From positions 1-29,563 of the forward strand of contig NEEC01000117.1 in assembly GCA_002189035.1 (NCBI GenBank): a DNA stretch of 29,563 bases, given 5' to 3'. The notes under the pieces were generated by a model. That model was not told the origin of the DNA. It saw only the letters and a program-made list of their open reading frames with translations, and searched no databases. Numbering within the stretch: position 1 is the stretch's first letter; each line of letters starts with the position of its first letter. Below are positions 1 through 16,254 of the stretch, in pieces. The stretch is from Utricularia gibba. Lineage: Eukaryota; Plantae; Magnoliophyta. The translations under genes were made by a program, and so were the position numbers.

Positions 1-833
1 TCCTTAAATGGTGCAGGCTTGAAAATGAACACTTGAACAATGCCGGGAAATTCAGAGTCCTGAAACCTGTTCCATTGCCATTTCAAGAGGGTGATTATGA
101 TGTGTAAAAAGCAGGACTTTCAGTCACATTGCTAGGGCCCTATCTAATCCAAGGAATTTAACCTTAGGACATTTGTAAATATGAATCAATACTATGAGTC
201 TCTAGATATTAGCTTGCAGTTCAGAACCATAGCATTCATTTGCAAACTTAGAGCAGTACTCGCTGCTCATCCTTTTCAAATAAACCGAAGAATATGATGT
301 TCAATAAATTGGACAATACTTGGATTTTTTCTGGTGAATACCTGTCTGCTTTTGTTGTCCTTGCTCTGTCCGGCTAGAATAATGGAGTGTAAGTAACAAC
401 AGCAGAGTAAAGTTAGCGAAGAAGGCGATGAACTATCTCTTTATGAAGCCTTCATCCTGTCCAATACAGCACCATGCTGAACGCAGTGAATCGTGTGATT
501 GAACATCAAAAAATTATTCATGCTGAATTTCACCAGGAACTCGTGAATCTTTTTTTGTAGGAAAGGTGCACAACTAATGCGTGCTTTCAACAAACATCAT
601 TTAACTTTAGATGAAGTGGATGATTACACCAATATGATATGAAAAGAAGGCATCACACAAACATATCCATTACATATTGAATGAACTAACAGAGAAACCA
701 CATTGTTTCAGAAGGCAAGAACACTACATCAATCAGGCGATTCCTAAAATCCAACCATAAAAAACGTTCCATATTTAAATTGATGCATGCAGCAAACTCT
801 GCAGTTCTCCTTTCTCCTCGTCCTCCAGTTGCT

Positions 834-1274
834 TCACTCGTCCTCCCTCTCAGGAGGAAGCCCACATGGTAAGAGCATTTTCTGCAGTAAAATGATGACG
901 CCAACTTTTTTAGCAGCCGCATCAAACGAACAATACGCCAAAAAAAGCACAACTCTTTTTACAAAAAACCTACTTGCATAAAGTTGTAGCGTTCTCTTCC
1001 GATAGATTCATTCTCCGCGACCGCAAAATAAGCGAGCATCGGATAATGCCCAATGTATGAAGCATGACTATCTCGATGGATATTCACCGCCCATTCGCTG
1101 CAAACACCACATCCACAACTCACCACAAACAGCGAGAAGCATGGAAAAACAGCAACCATAAGCCAACAAACCGCAAGCTCACAATCTCGTCAAGTCGGCG
1201 TGGCCCGTCCCCACATACTTAGCCTGCAAGTGCTCGAGCTGGGAGTTGATGTTGAATCTGTCACTCGCCTGCAT
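834..1274 (-). CDS. SF3B5: Splicing factor 3B subunit 5 (SF3b10/RDS3-complex subunit 10), 3 exons: 1274-1183, 1097-974, 881-834; 87 aa
   Basis: Manual splicing at GT-AG sites gives MQASDRFNINSQLEHLQAKYVGTGHADLTRFEWAVNIHRDSHASYIGHYPMLAYFAVAENESIGRERYNFMQKMLLPCGLPPEREDE*, the highly conserved plant SF3B5 sequence. Exon lengths 92+124+48=264 keep frame. Confidence 0.96.
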
Positions 1275-1575
1275 CTCCCAAATCCCAAATTCCCAAATTG
1301 GAGATCCGCTAGGGCTTTTCTAGTTTTTTTTTTTTTTTTTTTTCCACCGAGCCCAGGATTTTTATAGTTGGGTAAACAGGTCGGATTCTGAAACCGGGTC
1401 CACGAACCCTATATTTAGAATGCATTTTCAAGATAATTTACCTTTAAAATATCATTTAATTGTGTTTTCCCAAATCATCACAATCATTTGATTTGGGACG
1501 AAAACAAATGAGAAATTTGTCCCTAACGAATGATTTTGACAAAATCATCAATTAACCGCAAACAAAAATTTTCCT

Positions 1576-1696
1576 TAATTAGTTCCTATTGTTTTAAATA
1601 TTTGACGTACTTAGTCTCTATTGTTTTAATATTTGACGTAATTAATTTCTATTATTTTAAATATTTGGTGTAATTAGTTCCTATTATTTGAAAATA
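1576..1696. repeat. Degenerate tandem array of a 31-32-bp AT-rich unit, about 3.7 copies
   Basis: Units: taattagttcctattgttttaaatatttgacg (1576-1607), tacttagtctctattgttttaatatttgacg (1608-1638), taattaatttctattattttaaatatttggtg (1639-1670), and a partial fourth from 1671. Confidence 0.85.
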
Positions 1697-2316
1697 ATAA
1701 CCTCGATCCTTTTTTGTTTCTTACCATCATCTACTCCTTTTGTCCATCGCACTGTGCCATCCCCCTTCTCGACGGTCGCCTGCCGCCCACACGCCGGCCG
1801 ACCGGCCGCCGCCCACTCCCTCCGCCCCATCACCCACCGCGTCGTTGTTACTGAATTTGATCAAATCGACTAAACCCGAAGGTTGGTTGGTTCGATCCAA
1901 AACCACCCTAAAAACAAGGATCACGCCGTACGACTAGAACGGGTGGAAGAATCAACCAACAAACAACAGTGTTTGGATACACAAATCTTACAAACAACCG
2001 GCTTCAACCTCAGCTAAACACAGTACGTCTAAACAACACTTACAACAGCAAGCTCTGATCCCGTGATTCCCAGGCCACAGTATAAAAACGATGATATGAA
2101 TGCCAGAATTAGAATGGGTGAGTAGAAAGCTATGTACAGCCAATGACTATCTACACAAGCCATAGCCAGTCGATCATTAGAGGGGGAAGAAGAACTGCAT
2201 TCCGACCGGGTGAAAAAACGACTAGAAACGGATGTTACTTTGCCCAAGATGAAAAATCGAGCATTATTACCGACAGTCTCGAATCTCTGTCAGCATATCT
2301 GTGGGTGGTGTCAGGA

Positions 2317-5819
<3,503 letters not shown>

Positions 5820-5953
5820 CAGTATAGCCCCTTGATGTAGCTATACTATGGAACAACTCCTCAAGCTACAGTCCCTGTTAAATATCTCCCGTCCTCAGCA
5901 GCTGGTTGTAAATGGAACACAGAGAGTCGCTTCAGTAACCTAATATCCTAATC

Positions 5954-6260
5954 CTGCATAGTATCAGCAAGAGGAGATGATCACTCCAAACGACCATCAA
6001 TCTTTTCGAGCAAAAAAGATAACTTTTCCCTTCAATTTAATCTCTTGTTCAAGCGGAGGAAGCATAACCCCTTACCTTACCCGAATGTGCCAAGTTTATT
6101 TACCCCAACTCGAAGGAAGAACTAAGCAACACAGAAAAAAAAAAAAATCTACTCTCACTCGAAACAAGCAAAACACAGCATGTGAAACCCATACCAAGAA
6201 CAGCAATTGATGGGCCAAACAAAGCATAGGAATTTCAGATCACCCGGATCCGATACTCAC
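5954..6260 (-). other. Probable 5'-UTR intron of the NDR kinase gene
   Basis: Minus-strand donor gagcagaatt|GTGAGT at 6260 and acceptor tatgcAG| at 5955-5954 (alternative AG about 14 nt downstream). No transcript evidence. Confidence 0.5.
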
Positions 6261-8007
6261 AATTCTGCTCAGGCCGAATCCCCAATTCACGTGTGAATCC
6301 AGAGCATCACCCAGTCAGCCGAATCGAATGCCGTAAAACAGCATCCACACGTACAAGTTGAAAAAGAGGAAACTTCACCCCCAACCCAACCCTAACTCGC
6401 TGAAGAGAGAAGGGGAGAACTTCCCAGTAGAGCCGAGTTGCGGTACAAAACATTAAGCACTCGCATCCTCATTCATTCATTCCCCATTAAAAAGAGAGAG
6501 AGACATTTTTTTTTAAACCCAAACTCTCCTTTTATTTTGGAATTTTAGTTGATTGAACCACGTCACATTGTCAAAATAGTCACCCAATTCTATATTAATT
6601 TTACAATTTTACATTTTTCTTTAACAAAAAATTTCATACAAGATTTAATATCATCTTTTTTAGATTGATATGAAAATACTATTCATTTTTTATCTATTCA
6701 ACTTATAGAATTAGACGGTACTCGAATCGTCTCGTTTTCAATTCATCGAATCATATTCTAAAGTTTTAGAACTATTTGAAGGTGCACTTTGTTCTAATAC
6801 ACATACAAAAGAGAATCTAACTATACAAGTTATTGACTATGGATCGGGTCGCATTATCAACACCCGATTCCAAAAAAAAGCAAAAATATAATATAATAAT
6901 CAAAACGCGTTTACTCTTTCTCTCTCTTCCAGCGTATCAAACCTTTGATTATTTAAATTATTATTTATATGAGTTTTTCAATTGTGGGTTGGTTACCCAC
7001 GACGACCGGCATCGATCGCTTTCAAACCCTACTTCGCTAATTAAAAAAAAAAACCGGTTGCCGGTCAAGGTGCTCTTCTATTTTGTGTTTTAAAAACCGG
7101 TTCAATGAATTATTCGAATTATTCTTGATTTTGGGTAGAACCATTGTTATAATGGGTTTAATTGGATTGAATTGAATATGAACAATTATAAAAATATACA
7201 AATAATTATTTAAATTTAAGGATTTTTTAATTTTTTATAAAAAAATATTGGATCCGAATCCATAAAATTATGGGATCGGGTTGAATCGAATCCTAGATTC
7301 AATCCATGATTTTAAAATATGGTATGTTGCATTAAAAACATTTCATAATATAAATACACGTATATTTTGCATAAAAATTAAAAAAATAAAAAGCAGTGAG
7401 AAAATAGAAAGTAAGATTTATGGCTTCGTAATAACTCTAAAGTTACGTTTGGTCGATCAATTCGGATTAATTTGAATAAATAAATATAAATTTAAAATTT
7501 TGGTACAAATGTTTTTTAAATTCATGAAAAAACATTAATATGAGATTTTTGGATAAAATTTATCGAAAATAGGTAGGTAAAAATTTTTCCGTTCAAATAA
7601 ACCCATAAATAATCCTTAATTTTCATTACTTTTCATTCAACTAAACTTGGCTTATGATGCTAAATTTTTTATTTTTAAGAAATAAAAATCAATTGTATTT
7701 AATAACAAATTCATTTATGAAATGTTTTTATTGTTTCAGACAAACTAGAATAAAAATTGTTAATATATAGAAAAGGTGTATATTTTCATCCATATAATTT
7801 TATATTAGTAATAATTTCTATGCATGGAAAGAGGACAAGGACCCAACCAGCTGACAATTTTATTTAAAAAAAATAAGTAGAAAATAGTAAATGTGTCAAG
7901 ACACCATAATTGTACAGCCAAGATAACTACCACATGCAAGAATATCATACCAAAAAAGGAAAAAAATTAATAATAATAATAATCATTGAAGGGGTTGTTC
8001 TTCCCTT

Positions 8008-10468
8008 CTACTCGGTGTCTCTGAGGCTTTCAGGTGCCACCCACAGTTTCTTCTTAAGGATGAGCACAGCTTCATCGCCTCCATCTTGGCCGGCGGCAGC
8101 TTCTGCGGCTGAATCAGATGTCGCGACTGCTTCCCAGTGCAATGCCGACAGATATTTCTTCACAAAGTCGATGACGCCGGGGCGATCCCTGACGATTACG
8201 AACCCGGATGGTCTGAGGATGCGGTCGATCTCCAGGAGGAGGTCCTCCCGGCTGCAGCCCTTCTTTTCGATGTCTGAGAAGATGGTCCAGGCGTGGAGCA
8301 TGTCGTATGTTCTTGGGTACGTGGAGAAAGCTTCGCACCTGGGAATGGCGGAGGGGGTTTACCATACGGGGTTCCGGCTGTGGAAAAGGGTACACAGGAA
8401 GAAGGACGTACCAGTTATGAATGCTGCCGATCAAGCCCCGGTCGTAAACAATCTTGAGAGTGTTGGGTCCATCTTCGGGGACTACGTTCATCACCCATAC
8501 ATTTTTGTCCTTCAGAGCTGCAGCAAAGGATCCTAGATTTGCCTTCATGTCCATCACGTTCCTCACTGTATCTGGGCCGATTTTCGTGCCGAGGAGATTC
8601 CAGTAACTATCAACCCTCTGCCTCCAAAGTTCCTGGAAAGGAAGAGGACATGAGCAGTTTTTGGTTTAGAGGGAATGCATGTGAAGAATAGAGAATGTCA
8701 TGGGTGGGGTGGGGTGCTGTGTTCAATACCATGTCCTTGTCAAAGATTTCGCCTGAGTAGCCGAGATCAGCGAGACGAGGAGGAGGGGAAGTTAGACGGT
8801 CAGGCCAAGGCGCCAGCCCACTTCCTCCGGTTTTGTGATCATCTGATGATGGGAGAGGAAATATCAGATGAGATATAATTCACAATTCCTATCATATAAT
8901 CTTTAGAGTTGCCATAAAAAGTTTGCAGACCAGGTGCAAGGTTGAAACTCAGAAATGGATGCAAGATAGTTTTGATAGAGAAGATGCTTACGCTCAGAGT
9001 AAGGGGTGATGCATGTCTCCATTGCTACATTCCACACAGCGTCAGGGTCATCTTCAGATCGACAAAGAGGAGGCTGGGTGCCGGGCGCTCTCTCTAAATA
9101 GCAGTCATTAGTCAAAGGCTTTTGCCAAATCACTGTCTGGTTCTTTTTGGCTGCAATCCTCCAACACATACGCTCCACAAGTTCACTCATCTGCTTCCAG
9201 ATCCGAAGATCTTCTTCATCCTGGGCATAAGCTTCAGGTGAAGAGTAGGCAAAATAACCTCCAGGTCTGAGCAGCCTATCCAATTCAAGGAGGAGAATCC
9301 CATCCCTTTGCAACCAATCAATTCTACAGCGGGAACAGTGTGCAAGCTCAAATGATCGGCTTGGATAGGGAAGTCGCTTAGTCCCAAGAACACCAAGGTA
9401 TGCGGGAATTCCCCTTTCCAGAGCAAACTGGATCTGATTTTGGTGCACATCATTCGGAGCTAATGACATGGCAATTATATTTGATGAGAGAAGGTAACCA
9501 CCAAAACTTGCAACCCCACACCCCACATCAAAAACTGTACGTAAATTTCCTTCATTGTTCAAGATATTGTCTGAAAAGTTGAGCATCTACAAATGAAAAA
9601 ATGATCAAATTAGAAAGGAGGGTTCTATAAATATCTGCTAATGGTGTAAAAAGGAACTTACATTTGCGATGTGAGCAATGTACTTGTCTGCTCCATAGTG
9701 AAAGTGGGTGCCACCTCCAGGAAAATTAATCTTATCTCCCTTGACAACCATCCAATTTTGGTCAGATTTCTCCTGTGCAAGGTGCGTGTGCGGGATGTTT
9801 GCTTTCCAAACTTCATCTCTACTTGCTGGCCACTTGATTGGAACCTACAGTGGCACCAAACCATGACAACGCAAAAATGGAAAAAATTCTGAAAAAAAAA
9901 TGCACAATGCAGATATGTAAAACACCTTATATCCAGGTGGCGGAGGAATTAAGCAATTGAACCGCCTCTCTGGCAGTGGGCAGTGCCTTTCATAGTGCTC
10001 CATCAAAGATAAATCCAACTTTAATCGCATCTGAGAATGAATATTTCTGTCCAGACAGGGGATCAACTCCGAATGCCGATCATCACAAACCTTGGTGAAA
10101 AGAAAAATAACTTCTCAACCATATTAAAAACAACAAAGGGATCATTCATAAACAGTTACTACATTCAAATGGGCCTTAAGGACAGGAGAACATACTGGAA
10201 AGCTCTTTGGTGTGATACTGTTATCCAACTCATCTGATTCTTGCTTGTTTGAAGGATCTTCTTGCCTATGGCCAATGTCAGAATCTTCATCCCCACCCAC
10301 GTAAGATGAGCCTAGCCTTCTCAAAGATCGACTTCCATATTCTAAAGCAGACTCCCCAGAGCTACTGGAGCCATAGTAGAAATACAGAAAAACAAGAAAT
10401 ACGGCCACGAGGCCCACTGAGAGAAAGAGGCGCTTCTTTTGCGCACCATCTGACCTTGCCCTCGTCAT
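8008..10468 (-). CDS. PMT: SAM-dependent methyltransferase, PMT/DUF248 family (PMT1/3/8-like, type II membrane, putative pectin methyltransferase), 7 exons: 10468-10196, 10090-9926, 9844-9662, 9586-8992, 8842-8730, 8632-8412, 8338-8008; 626 aa
   Basis: N-terminal TM segment (LFLSVGLVAVFLVFLYFYY), IPCLDR, EHYERHCP, FPGGGTHF, VFDVGCGVASFG, IQFALERGIPA, RLPYPSRSFELAHCSRC, LRPGGYF, RNVMDMKA, YPRTYDMLHA, EIDRILRPSG. Exon sum 1881 nt is in frame with no lesions. Confidence 0.95.
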
Positions 10469-13400
10469 TATCTATCTCAGACTTTCGATTTGACAATCAG
10501 AGTTTACACGGTCAAAATTGCAGGAAGTCTTCAATGCGACATAAAGCAACACGCGAAGACTGATCACTGTATGGGCACTTGAGTCAAAAGTAGTCTACAA
10601 CGCTACCTGTTTAAATACGCAACCGATTAGTAAGCTTCCCTTGGTAACAAAAGGTTCACAGTTTCTGCATGAAATACTAAGGCTATAAAGCATACTTTTT
10701 TTGTTATGCATTTCAAAAACTACCAGGTAAAACCAGATCACTTGAGTGTTAAAGCTGTTGTCTTTACTCGTCACAATGATCATAAGCATACGAAAGGGTA
10801 GGATTCCACTAGAAAGCAGAGAGTGATATCTGAACTAGGTACTACAGAAGCCAACATACCTACAAACCAGACCCCCCTACAGTATGGGGTTGGCTACGAG
10901 AATCAATTAAGAATTAACAATAGTGCTCAAGCCTAGTTTTAAGGGTAAAAAAAAAACAGAATCCCATGAAAAAGGAAGAATTTTCTCAGAATGGCCCGTG
11001 GGAAAACAACACAAAAATGCTTCAAATCGTAACGATTTTCCCAAAAAGAGTTGCTCACATACGATCTAGCTTTCCCACTCAATTTTCCCAAAACATGACT
11101 CCGCATTAAATAGATCAAAGAAAACAACAATCTCCACCATTAATTCCCCCTCCAACCCAGATAACAACAACGAACGGGATCCGGGAACAAAATTCGACAC
11201 TTTCAAATCCCAACACTGCAAAACAAGAAACAATCACCAAGAAAGCTTCCACAAACTAACCATCGATCCAGATCTGGAACACACGGTAGACCGCAATATG
11301 CTCTAGAAAATGAAAATGCAGATCGGGAATAAACAAAGGGAGCTCTGCAGGGACCGTGAAAGTGACGGCGAGGTGGGATACTCCCAAAACCGGTAAAATT
11401 TACAGCCAAGTAGATCTGCTTTGCGATCGATCGGCCATTTTTAACTTTCTGGCAAAGGTGAGTTTCTTCAGTCGGGTATGAACCCGCACCACGATTGGAT
11501 CCGTCGGCCGCAATCAATATGATCACCTTTTTTCCAAGAGGAAAGGAGATCGCGACCCGCTTCGGCGTCGGTTCCGGATCCGGGTTCATTGAAAGGATCC
11601 AAATAGTAAAGCCCGACCCTGCTTGATAAGGCCTGGCCCGTATCCCAAATCCAACAAGCCCATTACCGATTTTTTGAAAAAAACAGTAATTCTTTTGAAA
11701 AAAATATTTTTTAAAATTTTTCAAAAATTATTTTTTAGTGTAGTGTGGTTTTAGAGACATATTATATAAATTGATTGTATGGAAACGTTTTTATTTAAAA
11801 ATATATTTAATTTTAAATCGATTTTAGATATTGTCAATAAAAAATATAATTTTGAATCCTAATGGACTAATAATAAAAGTATTATAAATCATGGGGTTTC
11901 TAAAGATGAGAAAAGTATTTTAAAATTATGAAAATTTGGCATATGAAAATAATTGCTAAAAACAAGTGTTAATAATTCATATAATGTTAGAGGAAAAAAA
12001 ACAAATATAGCATAATTTGTAAATCTTTATAACATGAATGAAGTTTTTATTTATACTTGATGTCTAAACATAAAAATTTGTTATTCATACAACTTGTTTC
12101 ATGTTTTTTGAATTCAATATAAATTTTGTTGAAATTAAAGATACAATAAATCAGACAAACTTATATAAATTTCAAATATATAAGAAATATAAATTACATT
12201 AAAAAAAAATTAAATATAATTATTATTAGTTATCTACAATTTTTTAATATACTTCATTATATCATTTAACTTCCCAATAATGCTATTATTTGCTCTAATA
12301 CTCACTCTCAAATCTAATTGATCTTTGATTCAATTAAAACTTGTTTTTTTATTTTTTTAATTGTAGGTAATATTTAGATTGTAAGTTAATCTAATTTCGT
12401 TGTCGTAAATTACATCATTTTTTAATCAAAACTCAAATTAGCACAAACTCATCTTTATTATCAAATTAAGACAAATGCTTTAATACATATTGAAATTATG
12501 AATTTAATGGGTTGGATGAACACACATGTAAAGTCCATATAAATAAGAAACTTGGATAACATTTATAAAGATTAGTCTCAACCAAATAATAGTAATTCAA
12601 AAATTTTTATATATTTGATTATATAATATTAATTTCTTGATGTAGTATTATTTGCTCCAATAAACTTATTATAAAGATATATATTGTTGTGGTTAAAAAT
12701 TGGTATTGGAAAGGAATCCGATTTCAGGTAGTGAGTTTGGGTTTTATATTCGTTTTTTGTTGATTTAGGTTTGGTTCTCAACTAGAGTAAAAAGGGATAA
12801 ATGAGGTAAAGAATTTTAACGTGAACAACAAAAAAACCATAAAGCTGGAGGAAAGAAGGATTTCACTAAAGAGAATAAAAGAAAGATTTACAAGGATTGG
12901 TGTGGGATGCCCCATCTCTTCTTAGCTCGTTTTTCTATTTATATGGGAGATCAGGCCGACTGATTTTTGAGGGTGTTAATTACTTTCTATGTTTTGTGGT
13001 TATGTTGCACAAGTGGTACTATAACATACAATCATCGCATGTTCTGAAACTTCTGCAAATCGAACATTTTTCAAATTCTATTGAAATTGTTGACTTTGTC
13101 ATGTTACATCATTTATCAGCACTAATGTCTGTCATATGTTGTAAGAAGTCACCTCCCCCAAGATCAATTTCATCTAGTGAGTATCAATTTGATGTTTAAT
13201 ACCTCCGCCGATTTAAGTATTTTTCTTATAATCGTTCTATATGACATATACAGATTTATGACTATATATAATAATATTATTATTACCTAAAAATAATAAA
13301 ATTATTCAAAAAAGGCTCGAATGCACAATAATCATTCATGCTTTTCTTTTTCATACATACGATTAAAATAATATTAGGGATGATGTTCACTTTTAACATG

Positions 13401-13851
13401 AACAAATGTGAGGATCATTCTTCAAAATATCTCATTGAAATGGCGAGGGAAGACAAAAACATGTGATGGCAAGAATATGAAGACAGTCTTGCCCCATCGG
13501 ATGCCTTGAAGATTTATTTATTGTAATAAATAAATAATGTGAATAAAAAATAAAATAAAAATTTCCCCTCGAACAGAGCACAAAAAAAAAAAGAAAAAGC
13601 GAATGTCACACCATAAATAGAAAATTTGACGCTAACGACAAAACTGGGCGGTGTACGTTTGCAAACCATGAATCTTTCCCGAAATACCCTGCCGACGTCA
13701 CTATTCATGATAATTCATTAATAATAATAATAATTTAATTACACAGTAATAGTAGTGTCTGAATCACAAGAGAATAGGGTCAAAGGGGAAAGCGTTTTGA
13801 TTCGATGGCAAACACACAGTGACAACAGTACCTCCCATTCTGCTTCCTTCA

Positions 13852-14645
<794 letters not shown>

Positions 14646-14914
14646 GGATCACCCCTCTCGATATATGATTAGGGTTTATGATGAGAAGGCAAGAAAAAGA
14701 GAGCAAGAAGAAGTGGGCTGTCTGAATGAGCCGTCGCTTTCGTTCTTTTCAGAGACAGGAGGATCCATGTCCGATATGCGGGCTTCACGAATGAGTTTGG
14801 AGGCTACTGCTTTTATCCCCAACACTCACTCACATTCGTAACAGAGCGTGTGTCTGTGTGTTTTTGCTTTGCTGCAGTAGGGCGGCAGCAAAGCAGACAC
14901 CTCTCTCTCTCCCA

Positions 14915-14973
14915 TGACTAGTCTTGTGCTTATGACTGGATGCCCAACATGATTCACAGGCTTGACTTTGACC
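14915..14973. promoter_or_regulatory. Cluster of four TGAC cores including back-to-back W-box-like TTGACT/TTGACC, upstream of the ALOG gene
   Basis: TGAC at 14915 and 14933, TTGACT 14962-14967, TTGACC 14968-14973, about 270-330 bp upstream of the ATG. Motif match only. Confidence 0.3.
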
Positions 14974-15229
14974 CTCTCCTCCCCTCCCATCGAGTTTGGG
15001 CACATTCCAGTCTCCTTCTTCTTCACCTTATCTTATCTCTCTCTTTCATGGGTTCATCAGTCTGGGTTTTTGTGCTTCTCTGCGGCCTTTCTTTTCATCT
15101 GATGAATGAGAAACACCTTGTGACGCTTCAAATACAACCCGCACGCTCTCTTTTCTCTGAAACAGTGTCAAAACAGACAACCAAACCAGGGGAAGAAGAT
15201 CAGTGTTGTTGTTTCCATAGAACCTGATC

Positions 15230-15244
15230 GGGGGGGGGGGGGGG
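15230..15244. repeat. G15 homopolymer upstream of the ALOG gene
   Basis: Uninterrupted run of 15 G, read directly. Confidence 0.8.
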
Positions 15245-15914
15245 AAGCTACTAGTTTCAACTGCATTTTCCCTTGATCCAACCAATGTGATGCCCTAATT
15301 TCAGCAAGCCAGGGAGTGGGCTCTATTCTAATGTTTTGTATAAGAGGATGTTATAAGTGGAATACTTAGTCACCATAAAATTGTATAGGATAACTTAAAT
15401 TTGTAATCGGTTGGAACTAGAATGATTCATGATTCTGAATTTATGTACAATTCCGATTTTGAATTGGTTCAATATTTTTGGAATTGGGAAGCTACCATTC
15501 CAGCCCATTTGAAATCAATGTAATTGATGGTTCAAAACTAATGAAACATCGATTTTAATTTTAAAAATTTAAAATTTGGTGACACTCATAATAACTATTA
15601 TGGAAACCTGATAAAAAATGTATTTTATAGATAGTTACAACGGTTCATGTGGATGACTAAGACAAATTATCTTTTTTGTATGATTGTTTTAAATACTCAG
15701 AACAATTGTCCGGTTTAATTCCGGTTTCAGTTTAATTCAATGTTTTCAGTTTCGGTTTTGAATTGAAACCATACAGCTAGACTTCAATTTAAGTTCGATT
15801 CAAGGTTTACAATTCCAAACCAAATTTGATATTTAACTGTGGTTTATGATAATGTCACTTAAATTCTGTATTTAGTTATTTTATTTTAAAATAAAAAATA
15901 TAAAAAAATTGGGA

Positions 15915-15962
15915 TGGGCTCTATCCATTTGATTACGGGCCCATTTGCCGCGTGTAGGCCCA
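15915..15962 (+). promoter_or_regulatory. Site II (TGGGCY/RGCCCA, TCP-type) element cluster in the ARM gene promoter
   Basis: TGGGCT 15915-15920, GGCCCA 15938-15943 and a further AGGCCCA ending at 15962, at the AT-rich to GC-rich transition before the gene. Confidence 0.5.
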
Positions 15963-16254
15963 TACTTGGTATCCATCGTGCGGTCCATTTGGAAAAGTAA
16001 GTGTCGCCGTTGCTCCGGCGTGACGTCTCTGAAATCCAAGGTGCGAAGAGCTTTGCTGGGGTTCTTCGCTCCGAGGTGTTATGTGCTTTGATTTGCTTGG
16101 GATGAGGACGTGTTGGATTCGTTTTGTGTCCATTTCTTGATCCTGGTAGTGCAATTCCGGTGCGTTGCCGGTTTTTCGCTTTTGCTGGAACGTATATACT
16201 AACGATGGTAAGATGAATTTTTGAGCCACTCGCTCCATGGTGTTGGATATGTGA

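Noticed and set aside
1-700. Possible 3' exon of an upstream plus-strand gene (open frame to TAA near 107; GTAAGT at about 389)
   Set aside because: No recognisable protein motif and no consistent splice structure within the window.
7910-8536. 208-aa plus-strand ORF antisense to the PMT 3' exons; similar antisense ORFs over the ALOG, ERF and RING genes
   Set aside because: Shadow ORFs of GC-rich coding strands, with no motifs or independent promoter signal.
8701-8715. GGG-T-GGGG-T-GGGG in a PMT intron as a G-quadruplex
   Set aside because: Only three G-tracts, so not a canonical intramolecular G4.
11203-11724. 173-aa minus-strand ORF upstream of PMT
   Set aside because: Begins in AT-rich low-complexity DNA, spans the likely promoter, 5' UTR and intron, and has no protein-like features.
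12419-12440. About 20-bp match (tttaatcaaaactcaaatta) to the duplicated block
   Set aside because: Flanks do not align convincingly, and such a match is plausible by chance in ~80% AT DNA.
13465-13499. Short hairpin (gatggcaaga...tcttgccccatc) as a miRNA precursor
   Set aside because: Stem is about 10 bp, far too short, and resembles no miRNA I know.
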